Shown here piece after piece: positions 25,558 to 34,713 of a stretch of DNA of 64,000 nt. Below the pieces are notes generated by a model that worked only from the letters and a program-made list of their open reading frames with translations, made no database searches and was not told the origin of the DNA. The translations under genes were made by a program, and so were the position numbers. How positions within the stretch are numbered: the stretch's first letter is position 1; each line of letters starts with the position of its first letter. The stretch is taken from the NCBI GenBank assembly GCA_963758455.1, contig CAVWVK010000007.1, positions 124,340 through 188,339 on the forward strand, in the 5' to 3' direction. The stretch is from an uncultured Pseudomonadota bacterium. GTDB taxonomy: Bacteria; Pseudomonadota; Alphaproteobacteria; Acetobacterales; Acetobacteraceae.

Positions 25558-26451
25558 ATGGACGACAGCGCGACGACAGCTTCGCAACAGGCGATCTCGC
25601 AACACGGGCTGGCCGGGCTGAGCCGCTATCCGCTGGCGCGGCGCGGAATGCTGACCGGCGGCCTGGTCGCCGGGCTGACGCTGGCCACCGCGCGGGTCGA
25701 GGCGCAGGTGATCCATACCGGCACCGATGGCCTGGTCGCCGAGGCGGTGCAAATCCCGGTGGCCGACGGCACGCTGCCCGCCTACATGGCGCGGCCGCAG
25801 GGCGACGGCCCGTTCCCGACCGTGCTGGTGATCGAGGAGATTTTCGGCGTCCACGAATACATCCGCGACATCTGCCGCCGGCTCGCCCATGCCGGTTTCC
25901 TGGCCGTGGCGCCGGAGCTGTACGCGCGCATCGCCGATCTGTCGAAGCTGTCCGACGTGCAGCAGATCATCCATGACGTGATCCTGCGCGCGCCGGACGC
26001 CACGCTGCTGGCCGACCTGGACCGCACAGCGGCGTGGGCGGCGCAGAACCACGGCGACCCGGATCGTCTGTTCGTCACCGGCTTCTGCCGCGGCGGCCGC
26101 GATACCTGGCTGTACGCGGCGCACAACCCGGATCTGCGGGCGGCGGTCGCCTGGTACGGGCCGGTCGCCGGGCCGGTCAGCCCGATCCAGCCGCACACCG
26201 CGACCGACGTGGCCCCGGATCTGAAATGCCCGCTGCTGGGCTTGTACGGCGGCCAGGATGCCAGCATCCGGATGCCCGACGTGCAGGAAGCCGCGGCGCG
26301 CGCGCGCAAGGCCGGCAAGACGGTCGAGATCGTCATCTATCCCGACGCCGGCCACGGCTTCCACGCCGACTACCGCCCCAGCTACAACAAGGCCGACGCC
26401 GAGGCAGGATGGGCGCGGATGCTGGCGTGGTTCAAGACGTACGGCGCCTGA
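25558..26451 (+). CDS. Dienelactone hydrolase family protein with Tat-type leader
   Basis: Internal ATG of ORF 25522..26451. Contains ..RRGMLTGGLVAGLTLATA.., ..PFPTVLVIEEIFGVHEYIRDICRRLAHAGFLAVAPELY.., ..VTGFCRGGR.. and ..YPDAGHGFHADYR.. Confidence 0.85.
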   Translation: MDDSATTASQQAISQHGLAGLSRYPLARRGMLTGGLVAGLTLATARVEAQVIHTGTDGLVAEAVQIPVADGTLPAYMARPQGDGPFPTVLVIEEIFGVHEYIRDICRRLAHAGFLAVAPELYARIADLSKLSDVQQIIHDVILRAPDATLLADLDRTAAWAAQNHGDPDRLFVTGFCRGGRDTWLYAAHNPDLRAAVAWYGPVAGPVSPIQPHTATDVAPDLKCPLLGLYGGQDASIRMPDVQEAAARARKAGKTVEIVIYPDAGHGFHADYRPSYNKADAEAGWARMLAWFKTYGA

Positions 26452-26461
26452 GGCCCCGCTC

Positions 26462-27811
26462 GTGGCGACGCGCCGCCCGAGCGTCGCCGTCCTGTTCCGC
26501 ACGCATTTCTGGGACGACTTCGCGCGGCGCGCGGCGCGACGGATGCAGCGTCAGTCCGACGGCGCGGATTTCTTCGTGCTGGCCAACGAGACCGGCCAGG
26601 CGCCGTTCGACGTGCGGCCGTTCGACAAGATCGGCTTCACGGAACACGATCTCGCGGGCCTCGGCCTGCCCTGCGTCGCGGGCGAGCCCGACAAGGACGT
26701 GCTGTGGTGGAACTGCGACTACCCGCTGTACTACGCGCAGCGGGCCCATCCCGGCTACGACTACTACTTCGTCATGGATTTCGACGCCGCGGCGAATACC
26801 CCGCTCGTGCCGATCGCGCAGGCGATGGCCGACAGCGGTGCCGAGTGCGTGGCCAGCTTCGCCCCGAATGCCCTGCTGCCGACCTGGCCGCACGCGGAGT
26901 CGTGCCGCGACCTTCCGTACGACGCGCCGGCCTGGGTGGCGCTCATCAATCTGTTCGTCTCGGCGCGGGCCGCCCGCTTGCTGCTGGCCGAACGGCAGCG
27001 CCTGGCGCGGTCCTTCCTCGACGGCCGGACGACGCGCTGGCCGATCTGCGAGGCGTTCGTCGCCAGCGCCCTGGCAAGCGGGGGCATCGCGTGCGTGCCG
27101 CTGAGAAGATTCGCCGACGTGACTAATTTCGGCACGGAACTGGTCCTGCTCGAATCGGACCCGCGCGCCCAGGCGCCCGGCAGCTTCGCGCATTCGGTGC
27201 TGGATCCGGATCGGTTCTGGCGCAAGTTCCAGGCGCGGACGTTCAACGTCCTGCTCAGCGAGGGCCGCTACGACCGGCTGCGCGAGGCGCGCGAGGCGCT
27301 GCTGCGGATCGAACGCGCCAGCCATGCAGGCTGGAGGATCGCGAGCGGCGTCGGCAACCTCGCGCTGGACAAGCCGGCCACGCAAAGTTCCGTCTCGGGC
27401 GCCTCGCGCAAGCCGTTCCGCGACACGCAGGACGCCCGCGCGGTGGACGCGCGCGGCGGCAATTGCGGCGTGCTGAACGGGCAGCACGGCTTCCACACCG
27501 AAATCGAGGCGAACCCGTGGTGGCAGGTCGATCTGCTGTCCGGCCAGCCCGTGCAGGAGGTCCGCCTGTTCAACCGCGCGGTCTCGCCGGAGCGCGCGCG
27601 GCATCTGTCGGTGCATGTCAGCCTGGACGGACAATTCTGGAACCGGGTCTATCGGAAAGCCGATGACCGCGTGTTCGCGGGCATCGACGATCCCCTGGTC
27701 TGCCGGCTCGCGCACCCGGTTCCCGCCCGCCATGTCCGGGTTGCCCTCGATCGGACGGATTGGTTCCATCTCGACGAAATCGAGGTGTACGGGCCAATCT
27801 CAGGCGCGTGA
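26462..27811 (+). CDS. Hypothetical protein with a C-terminal F5/8 type C (discoidin / galactose-binding-like) domain
   Basis: GTG at 26462 in ORF 26258..27811. I do not recognise the N-terminal ~300 aa. The C-terminus ..NLALDKPATQSSV..GFHTEIEANPWWQVDLLSGQPVQEVRLFNR..HVRVAL..HLDEIEVYG matches the discoidin-domain pattern. No signal peptide is visible. Confidence 0.6.
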   Translation: MATRRPSVAVLFRTHFWDDFARRAARRMQRQSDGADFFVLANETGQAPFDVRPFDKIGFTEHDLAGLGLPCVAGEPDKDVLWWNCDYPLYYAQRAHPGYDYYFVMDFDAAANTPLVPIAQAMADSGAECVASFAPNALLPTWPHAESCRDLPYDAPAWVALINLFVSARAARLLLAERQRLARSFLDGRTTRWPICEAFVASALASGGIACVPLRRFADVTNFGTELVLLESDPRAQAPGSFAHSVLDPDRFWRKFQARTFNVLLSEGRYDRLREAREALLRIERASHAGWRIASGVGNLALDKPATQSSVSGASRKPFRDTQDARAVDARGGNCGVLNGQHGFHTEIEANPWWQVDLLSGQPVQEVRLFNRAVSPERARHLSVHVSLDGQFWNRVYRKADDRVFAGIDDPLVCRLAHPVPARHVRVALDRTDWFHLDEIEVYGPISGA

Positions 27812-27833
27812 TCCCGGTCGGGAGGCCGAACCG

Positions 27834-29246
27834 ATGCCCCTGCGCGACATCGAGACCATCGTCTTCGTGATGCTGGAGAACCGCTCCTTCGACCATGCCC
27901 TCGGGTATCTGAGCACCGCCGCCGCCGCGCCGCCGCTGGCCGTGGAAGGCCTGCGCGACGATCCGGCATGGCTCGACCTCTATGCCAACGCCTATGCCGG
28001 CCGTCGCTATCCGATCCACGCGATCGGGCCGGAGGTCCAGCAGATCGCCGACCCACCGCACGATCACGCCGCCATCGCGATCCAGGTCGGCACGCCGCCG
28101 GCTTCGGGGGCATCCGGCGGCATGGGCGGGTTCGTCGCCAGCTACATGACCCGCACGCCGGCGCCCGCCGATCCGTCCCTGGTCATGGGCCATTACGAGG
28201 CGGCTTCGGTGCCGATCTTCGACTTCCTCGCGCGCCATTTCGCGGTCTGCGACCACTGGTTCGCGGCCCTGCCGACCGGAACGCAGCCGAACCGGCTGAT
28301 GGCGATGTCCGGGCACAGCCCGATCCTCGACAACGCCTCGGTGTTCCTGCCCGACCAGCCGCTCGCCTATGACTGGCTGACCCAGCACGGCGTGAGCTGG
28401 TGCGCCTATCAGTGGGGCGATTTCTTCCCGTTCATGAGCCTGATGCCGCGCTGGCTGCCGGAGATCACCACCTCGCTGGCACTGTCGGACGCGGGCGGGC
28501 GCGGCCGCTTCCGCCGCTACGCCCGCTTTGCCGAGCACTGGGGCGGCGCGGCGCCGATGCCCAGCGTCATCTTCATCGAGCCGGAATACACCGACGGCCC
28601 GCACGCCACCCCGAACGACGACCATCCGCCGACCGGCATCGCGCGCGGCCAGGCGTTCCTGGCCGACATCTACCGCACGCTGATCGCCAACCCGCAACGC
28701 TGGCGCAACACCCTGCTGCTGGTGACGTACGACGAGCACGGCGGCTTCTTCGACCACGTCCCGCCGCTGGCGATCGCGGCCGATGTCGGAGGCACCCCCA
28801 TCGCGACCACCGGGGTGCGGGTGCCGGCCCTGGCGATCTCGCCGCACGTGGCGCCGGGCGTGCCGTTCACCGATGCGCTGGACCACACCTCGTTCCTGCA
28901 ACTGCTCGCCGACCGCTTCAACCCCGGCCAGGACTATTCCGCCGAGGTCGGCGCCCGGCAGTCCCGGCTCGGCCGGCTCGCGACGGTGCTGACGCAGGTG
29001 CCGGCGGGTCCGGCCGCCGGCCCGGCGATTCCCCCGGCTGCGGAGGCGCGCGTCGCCCAGGCGACCGCCGCCGCGCCGGCCTCGTCAGGTATTGCCAATT
29101 CGGCGGGTGCGGCGAACACCGCGCGCGGCTTCCACAACGTCGCGATGAAGGTGGCGTCGGACCATCCGGAGCTGTTGGCCAGTCCGGGCTGGCGCGGAGT
29201 ATCGGACTATGTGAGTGCGCACCGCTCGGCGGCTGCCCGGACCTAG
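27834..29246 (+). CDS. Phosphoesterase family protein (phospholipase C / acid phosphatase superfamily)
   Basis: Starts at the internal ATG of ORF 27615..29246: MPLRDIETIVFVMLENRSFDHALGYL..GTQPNRLMAMSG..TPNDDHPPTGIARGQAFLADIY..LLLVTYDEHGGFFDHVPP... No leader peptide is visible. Confidence 0.8.
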   Translation: MPLRDIETIVFVMLENRSFDHALGYLSTAAAAPPLAVEGLRDDPAWLDLYANAYAGRRYPIHAIGPEVQQIADPPHDHAAIAIQVGTPPASGASGGMGGFVASYMTRTPAPADPSLVMGHYEAASVPIFDFLARHFAVCDHWFAALPTGTQPNRLMAMSGHSPILDNASVFLPDQPLAYDWLTQHGVSWCAYQWGDFFPFMSLMPRWLPEITTSLALSDAGGRGRFRRYARFAEHWGGAAPMPSVIFIEPEYTDGPHATPNDDHPPTGIARGQAFLADIYRTLIANPQRWRNTLLLVTYDEHGGFFDHVPPLAIAADVGGTPIATTGVRVPALAISPHVAPGVPFTDALDHTSFLQLLADRFNPGQDYSAEVGARQSRLGRLATVLTQVPAGPAAGPAIPPAAEARVAQATAAAPASSGIANSAGAANTARGFHNVAMKVASDHPELLASPGWRGVSDYVSAHRSAAART

Positions 29247-29346
29247 CGGGCGCGACTGTTATACTCGGTCCGGAATGTCGGCCGCGCCATCCCATATCGA
29301 ACGGCATCGCGCCAATTCGCCCCCGGCACGGTGATTAGCCGCCAGC

Positions 29347-29763
29347 TCAATCGTCGCGGTGCACCCGCTCCATGCGCTCGTGCCGCTCCTGCGCCTCGAT
29401 CGACAGCGTGGCGATCGGCCGGGCGATCAGCCGCTTCAGGCCGATCGGCTCCCCGGTCTCCTCGCAATAGCCGTAGGTGCCGGTCTCGATCCGGGCCAGC
29501 GCCTGGTCGATCTTGGCGATCAGCTTGCGCGCCCGGTCCCTGGTGCGCAATTCCAGCGCGCGGTCGGTCTCGACGCTGGCGCGGTCGGTGATGTCGGCTT
29601 CGTGAATGCCGCCCTGCGACAGGCTGGCCAGCGTGCCATCGGCCTCGCGCAGCAGGTCGCCGCGCCAGCGCAGCAGCTTGCGCCGAAAGAACTCCACCTG
29701 CTGCGGGCTCATGAACACCTCGTCGTCCGAGGGCAGGTAGTCCGGCGGCAGCGTGACCATCAT
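29347..29763 (-). CDS. dksA: RNA polymerase-binding transcription factor DksA
   Basis: 138 aa, containing ..DITDRASVETDRALELRTRDRARKLIAKIDQALARIETGTYGYCEETGEPIGLKRLIARPIATLSIEAQERHE.. Confidence 0.92.
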   Translation of the reverse strand: MMVTLPPDYLPSDDEVFMSPQQVEFFRRKLLRWRGDLLREADGTLASLSQGGIHEADITDRASVETDRALELRTRDRARKLIAKIDQALARIETGTYGYCEETGEPIGLKRLIARPIATLSIEAQERHERMERVHRDD

Positions 29764-29883
29764 GGCAGCGTTCCTGCAGCGTCTCGGCGGCGGCGCGTTT
29801 CCGGTTGCAAGCAGGCTCCCGGAGCCGTGAGCGTGCCGGGCGTATAGCCACGCAAACCGCGCGCCACAAGGGGGCGGCGGCCC

Positions 29884-30312
29884 CTAATCGAAACCGTAAC
29901 GGGCCAGCTCGACCCGGGCGCGCAGGCTGATGTCGGCGACGATCGCGCGCAGGCGGCGGCAGCCGGCCGCATCCGGCGCCTCGGCGGCCAGCTCCGCGAG
30001 CCGGCGCAGCGATGCCGCGTCGGCACCTCCGCCCAGCAGGCCGCGCTGCACCACGGCCAGGGCCGCCAGCAGGTCGCGCCCGCGCCGGCGCGCCCGGCGA
30101 TCGCTCGCCGCGGCCAGGCTGCCCGACGAGTCTCCCATCTCCTCCTGCAAGGCCAGCATCCCCGCCAGCGCCGCCCCGGCGACGCTGCCCGCCGCCGCGT
30201 CGGCCGCCGCCGGCGACGACTCCGCAAGCCGGCCGAAGCCCCCCTCGCCGCTCGCCGCCCGGCGCCTCGGCGCGCCCGCGGTCGGCGGCGGCAATCCCTG
30301 GATCGGCAACAT
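29884..30312 (-). CDS. fliX: Flagellar assembly regulator FliX
   Basis: ATG at 30312 in ORF 29884..30351. Contains ..GMLALQEE..RRARRRGRDLLAALAVVQRGLLGG..LRRLAELA..ISLRARVELARYG... It is divergent from flgI, as in Caulobacter and many other alphaproteobacteria. Confidence 0.7.
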   Translation of the reverse strand: MLPIQGLPPPTAGAPRRRAASGEGGFGRLAESSPAAADAAAGSVAGAALAGMLALQEEMGDSSGSLAAASDRRARRRGRDLLAALAVVQRGLLGGGADAASLRRLAELAAEAPDAAGCRRLRAIVADISLRARVELARYGFD

Positions 30313-30330
30313 GGCCCGCTCGCTCCGCTG

Positions 30331-30346
30331 TTGGGGACACAGCTTG
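30331..30346 (+). promoter_or_regulatory. Candidate sigma54 (-24/-12) promoter for flgI
   Basis: TGGGGACACAGCTTGC compares with the consensus TGGCAC-N5-TTGC. The GG (30333-30334) and TTGC (30343-30346) have consensus spacing. It lies about 50 nt upstream of the flgI GTG. Caulobacter class III flagellar genes, including flgI, are sigma54-dependent. Confidence 0.35.
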
Positions 30347-30395
30347 CGCAAGGAAACTTGACGATTGGTTCATCGGGGCGCGCGAGAACCGTCGG

Positions 30396-31496
30396 GTGCG
30401 CGCCCTGGCCCTCCTGCTGCTGTGCTGCTTCGTCCTGCCGCCGCACGCGGCGCGGGCGCAGGTGCGCATCAAGGACATCGCCGACATCGAGGGCGTGCGC
30501 GACAACCAGCTCGTCGGCTACGGGCTGGTGGTGGGGCTGAACGGCACCGGCGACAAGCTCGACAACGCGGTGTTCACCCGCGAGTCGCTGGTCGGCATGT
30601 TGGAGCGGCTGGGCGTGAACACCCGCGACCAGATCGCCAAGCTGCAAACCAAGAACCTCGCCGCCGTCATGGTCACGGCCGAACTGCCCGCCTTCGCCCG
30701 CACCGGCGAGCGCATCGACATCGCCGTGTCCGCGCTCGGCGACGCCAGCAACCTCACCGGCGGCACGCTGCTGGTGACGCCGCTGCTCGGCGCGGACGGC
30801 GAGGTTCACGCGGTCGGCCAGGGCGCGCTGGTCACGGGCGCGATCAGCGCGCGAGGCGCCGCGTCGTCGGTCACGCGCGGCGTGCCCACCTCGGCGCGCA
30901 TCGCCAACGGCGCCACCGTCGAGCGCGAGGTGGCCAACCAGCTCGGCGCGCGCGGCAGCCTGCGCCTCGGCCTGCGCAACCCGGATCTGACCACGGCGCA
31001 GCGGATGGCGGCGGCGATCGACGCGGTGCTGGGCCCCGGCGCCGCGCACGCGATCGACCCGCGCACCGTCACGGTGGCGCTGGCCGGGCGCGACGCGGTG
31101 GACACGCTGGCGCGCATCGAGGATCTGCGGGTCGAGCCGGACAGCCCGGCGGTGGTGGTGATCGACGAGGCCAGCGGCACCATCGTCATGGGTGCCAACG
31201 TGCGCGTCAGCACGGTGGCGATCGCGCAGGGCAACCTCACCATCCGCGTCACCGAGACGCCGGAGGTCAGCCAGCCCGGACCGTTCTCGCGCGGCACCAC
31301 CGCCGTGGTGCCGCGCACCAGCATCCAGGTGGACGACCAGCACGATCGCAAGCTCGGCATCCTGCGCGGCAGCGTCACCTTGCGCGACCTGGTGGCCAGC
31401 CTGAACGCGCTGGGCGTCGGGCCGCGCGACCTCATCAGCATCCTGCAATCCATCAAGGCGGCCGGCGCCCTGCAAGCCGAGCTGGAGGTGCGGTGA
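30396..31496 (+). CDS. flgI: Flagellar P-ring protein FlgI
   Basis: GTG at 30396: (V)RALALLLLCCFVLPPHAARAQVRIKDIADIEGVRDNQLVGYGLVVGLNGTGD..LAAVMVTAELP..LTGGTLLVTPL..LVASLNALGVGPRDLISILQSIKAAGALQAELEV. Confidence 0.93.
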   Translation: MRALALLLLCCFVLPPHAARAQVRIKDIADIEGVRDNQLVGYGLVVGLNGTGDKLDNAVFTRESLVGMLERLGVNTRDQIAKLQTKNLAAVMVTAELPAFARTGERIDIAVSALGDASNLTGGTLLVTPLLGADGEVHAVGQGALVTGAISARGAASSVTRGVPTSARIANGATVEREVANQLGARGSLRLGLRNPDLTTAQRMAAAIDAVLGPGAAHAIDPRTVTVALAGRDAVDTLARIEDLRVEPDSPAVVVIDEASGTIVMGANVRVSTVAIAQGNLTIRVTETPEVSQPGPFSRGTTAVVPRTSIQVDDQHDRKLGILRGSVTLRDLVASLNALGVGPRDLISILQSIKAAGALQAELEVR

Positions 31497-31792
31497 CGAT
31501 TCTCCCGCCTGTGGCCGATGCGCCCGATGCCGCCGAATTGACCGATCCCGCGCACGCCCGCGCCTGGAAGGCCGCACAGGATTTCGAGGCGATGGCGCTG
31601 GGCGCGCTGCTGGCGCCGATGTTCGACACGGTGGACAGCGCGCACGGCCTGCTCGGCGGCGGCGAGGGCGAGGCGACATGGCGGCCGATGCTGACGCAGG
31701 AGATGGCCAAGTCGGTCGCCCGCGGCGGCGGGTTGGGCCTCGCGGTGCCGGTGTACCGGCAGATGCTGCGCACGCAGGAAGGACGCGGATGA
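31493..31792 (+). CDS. cheL: Rod-binding (FlgJ N-terminal-like) protein, CheL type
   Basis: The GTG overlaps the flgI stop (GTGA). ..AWKAAQDFEAMALGALLAPMFDT.. is the rod-binding motif. Its position downstream of flgI matches Caulobacter flgI-cheL-flbY. Confidence 0.6.
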   Translation: MTILPPVADAPDAAELTDPAHARAWKAAQDFEAMALGALLAPMFDTVDSAHGLLGGGEGEATWRPMLTQEMAKSVARGGGLGLAVPVYRQMLRTQEGRG

Positions 31793-32172
31793 ACCAGCCG
31801 TTGATCGCCGCCGCCGTGGCGCTGGCGCATACGCTCGCCGAGGAAAATCAGGCGCTGCGGGCGCTGGACGTGGCGCGCGCGACCGCGCTGCTGGCCCGCA
31901 AGCGCGCCGAGTCCGAGGCGTTCTCCGCCGCGCAAGCAAGCCTGCGCGCGTTGTCGCCCGAGCAACTGGTCCTGGCCCGGCAGGTCGCGGCCCGGCTTGC
32001 CGAGGCGGCGAGCGAGAACAAGCGTCTGCTGGAGCGCGCCATTGCCGTGCAGGGACAGGTGATCGCCACGCTGCTGCGCGCCGTGCCCGCATCCCTGCCG
32101 GCATCACGCTACGGCGCCACCGGCGCGCGAGTCGGCCGAGCACCGCCGATCAGCCTGTCCTCACGCATCTGA
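31789..32172 (+). CDS. Small flagellar-operon protein (FlbY/FlgN-like by position only)
   Basis: The ATG at 31789 overlaps the upstream stop (ATGA). It is a helical Ala/Leu-rich 127-aa product. The assignment rests on gene order only. Confidence 0.4.
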   Translation: MNQPLIAAAVALAHTLAEENQALRALDVARATALLARKRAESEAFSAAQASLRALSPEQLVLARQVAARLAEAASENKRLLERAIAVQGQVIATLLRAVPASLPASRYGATGARVGRAPPISLSSRI

Positions 32173-32205
32173 GACCAAGCCGGGACGAACGGCCGTCGCA
32201 TGGCT

Positions 32206-32290
32206 CCCTCACCCCGACCCTCTCCCAGAGGGAGAGGGAGCAAGCCGCTGACCTTCCCCCTCTCCCCCTGGGAGAGGGCTGGGGTGAGGG
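32206..32290. repeat. Palindromic element family B, full two-hairpin copy
   Basis: The sequence is CCCTCACCCCGACCCTCTCCCAGAGGGAGAGGGAG...CCCCCTCTCCCCCTGGGAGAGGGCTGGGGTGAGGG. It begins 34 nt after the stop of the preceding gene. Confidence 0.85.
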
Positions 32291-32388
32291 CCTTCGCGAC
32301 GACTCACCCCGTATAGCCAGCCGCATTCGACAGCCCGCCTCGCATCATGCGAGATGTGCGCGCCGCGCAACTGGTTCGGGGTCGGCCG

Positions 32389-33426
32389 ATGCGACTGTGC
32401 CTTGCAATTCCCGCCCCGTTCGACGCGATCTCCGGTGGCCACGTCTACGACCGCGCGATCGTCGACGGCCTGCGCGCGTTGCGCCACGACGTCGCGGTCG
32501 CCGCTCTCGCGGGGGCGCATCCGCTGGCCGATGACGCGGCGCTCGCCGCCGCGGCGCAGGCCATGCGCGACCTGCCGAACGAGGTTCGTCCGCTCATCGA
32601 CGGGCTGTGCCTGCCGGCCTTCGCGCCGTTCGCCGATGCGCTCGCGGCACGCGACGCGGCGGCGCTGATCCATCATCCGACCGCGCTGGAAACCGGCCGC
32701 GGCGAGGCCGAACGCAACCGCCTGCGCGGCATCGAACAATCGCTGCTCCGGCGCCTGCGCCGCATCATCGTCACCAGCAACGACACCGCGCGGCGGCTCG
32801 CGGGCGAGTTTGGCGTGGACGCGGCGCGCATCCACGTCGTCGAGCCCGGCATTCCCGACGCGCCGCGCAGCCCCGGACCCGGCGACTCGAGTAGCTGCGC
32901 GGTGCTCTCGATCGGCACCCTGCTGCCACGCAAGGGCCACGACGTGCTGCTGCGCGCGCTGGCGCGATTGCCGGATCTGGACTGGACGCTGACCATCGCC
33001 GGCGGCGAGCGCGACCCGGCCTATGCGGCCGAACTGCGCAGCCTCGCCGATGCGCTCGGCATTGCCGCGCGCACCCGCTTCGCCGGCGAACTCGGGCCGG
33101 CGGCGCTGGAACCGCTGTGGCGCGGCGCGGGCGTGTTCGCGCTGGCGACGCACTACGAAGGCTACGGCATGGCGGTCGCCGAGGCGCTGCGCCGCGGCGT
33201 GCCGGTCGCCGTGACCGCCGGCGGCGCCGTGGCGGATTTGGTGCCGACCGAAGCGGGCGTGGTGGCCGCACCTGGAGATCACGCCGCACTGTCCAGCGCG
33301 CTGCGGCGCGTGATCCTCGATGCCGACCTGCGCCGCGCGATGGCCGATGCCGCATGGGCGCGCGGCCGGACCCTGCCGGACTGGGACACGCAGGCGCGAC
33401 GCTTCGCGGCCGCGCTGGAGGATTAG
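32389..33426 (+). CDS. Glycosyltransferase family 4 (GT-B, group 1)
   Basis: MRLCLAIPAPFDAISGGHVYDR.., ..GTLLPRKGHDVLLRAL.., ..GVFALATHYEGYGMAVAEALRRGVPV.. Confidence 0.8.
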   Translation: MRLCLAIPAPFDAISGGHVYDRAIVDGLRALRHDVAVAALAGAHPLADDAALAAAAQAMRDLPNEVRPLIDGLCLPAFAPFADALAARDAAALIHHPTALETGRGEAERNRLRGIEQSLLRRLRRIIVTSNDTARRLAGEFGVDAARIHVVEPGIPDAPRSPGPGDSSSCAVLSIGTLLPRKGHDVLLRALARLPDLDWTLTIAGGERDPAYAAELRSLADALGIAARTRFAGELGPAALEPLWRGAGVFALATHYEGYGMAVAEALRRGVPVAVTAGGAVADLVPTEAGVVAAPGDHAALSSALRRVILDADLRRAMADAAWARGRTLPDWDTQARRFAAALED

Positions 33427-33428
33427 AC

Positions 33429-34713
33429 ATGCCGCTGCTGGGCTGCATCGCCGACGACTTCACCGGCGCCACGGACCTTGCCGCGACGCTGGCGGCGCAC
33501 GGGATGCGCGCCGTGCAACTGCTCGGCTTGCCGGTCCCGGGCGAGCCCGTGCCGGACGCCGACGCCATCGTGATCGCGCTGAAGTCGCGTACCGCGCCCG
33601 CTGCCGAAGCGGTGCGCGACAGTCTCGCGGCGCTGGCCTGGCTCCGCCAAGCCGGCTGCGTGCAGGTGTTCTTCAAATACTGCTCGACCTTCGACAGTAC
33701 CGACGCGGGCAATATCGGCCCCGTGGCCGACGCGCTGGTGGGCGCGCTGGACTGCGGCTTTGCGCTGGCCTGCCCGGCGTTTCCGGCCAACGGGCGATCG
33801 GTGTTCCAGGGCCATTTGTTCGTCGGGCACGCGCTGCTGAACGAGAGCGGGATGGAAAAGCATCCGCTGACGCCAATGACGGACGCCAACCTGGTGCGCG
33901 TGCTGGGGCGGCAGACCGATGGTGCGGTGGGGCTGGTGGATTTCGCGACCGTCGAGCAGGGCGCGGCGGCGATCCGCCGTGCGATGACCGCGCTGAAGGA
34001 ACAGGGTCGCCGCTATGCCATCGTCGATGCCGTCACCGATGCGCATTTGCACGCGATCGGCGAGGCCGCCAACGGGCACGCGCTGCTGACCGGCGGCTCC
34101 GGCGTCGCGATCGGCCTGCCGGCCAATTTCCGTCGGCGCGGCGTGTTGCCGGCGCGCGACGACGCCGATGCCCTGCCGACGCTGGACGGGGCGAACGCCG
34201 TGCTGGCCGGCTCGTGCTCGCGCGCGACGCTGATGCAGATCGGCGCGGCGCGCGCGCACATGCCGGTCCTGGAGCTGGACCCGCTGGAGACTCCGGACGC
34301 GGCCGCGCTGGTGGCGCGGGCGACCGATTGGCTCGACGGAAAGATCGGCCTGTACGCCGGTGCTGATCGCCGCTTCCGCGCCGCCCGAGCGCGTGGCGGC
34401 GTTGCAGGCGCGGCTGGGACGCGAAGCGGCGGGCACGCTGGTCGAGACCACGCTGGCCACCATCGCCGAGGCGCTGGCGGCGCGCGGCGTGCGCCGGCTG
34501 GTGGTGGCCGGCGGCGAGACCGCCGGGGCCGTGGTGACGAAGCTGGGGCTGCGGCGACTGCGCATCGGACGCCTGATCGACCCCGGCGTGCCGTGGACGC
34601 TGGCCGAAGGCGGTGCCGCGCCGCCGATGCTGCTGGCGCTCAAAAGCGGCAATTTCGGCGGCCGCGATTTCTTCAGGCACAGCTTCGAGATGCTTGACGA
34701 GAGGGCGCCATGA
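33429..34713 (+). pseudogene. otnK: Four-carbon acid sugar kinase family protein (3-oxo-tetronate kinase-like); one frame break near 34345-34360
   Basis: MPLLGCIADDFTGATDLAATLA..FFKYCSTFDST..GNIGPVADAL..CPAFPANGRSVFQGHLFV..HPLTPMTDANL.. is in frame 3. VLIAASAPPERV..RRLVVAGGETAGAVV..ALKSGNFGGRDFF.. is in ORF 34360..34713. Confidence 0.78.
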
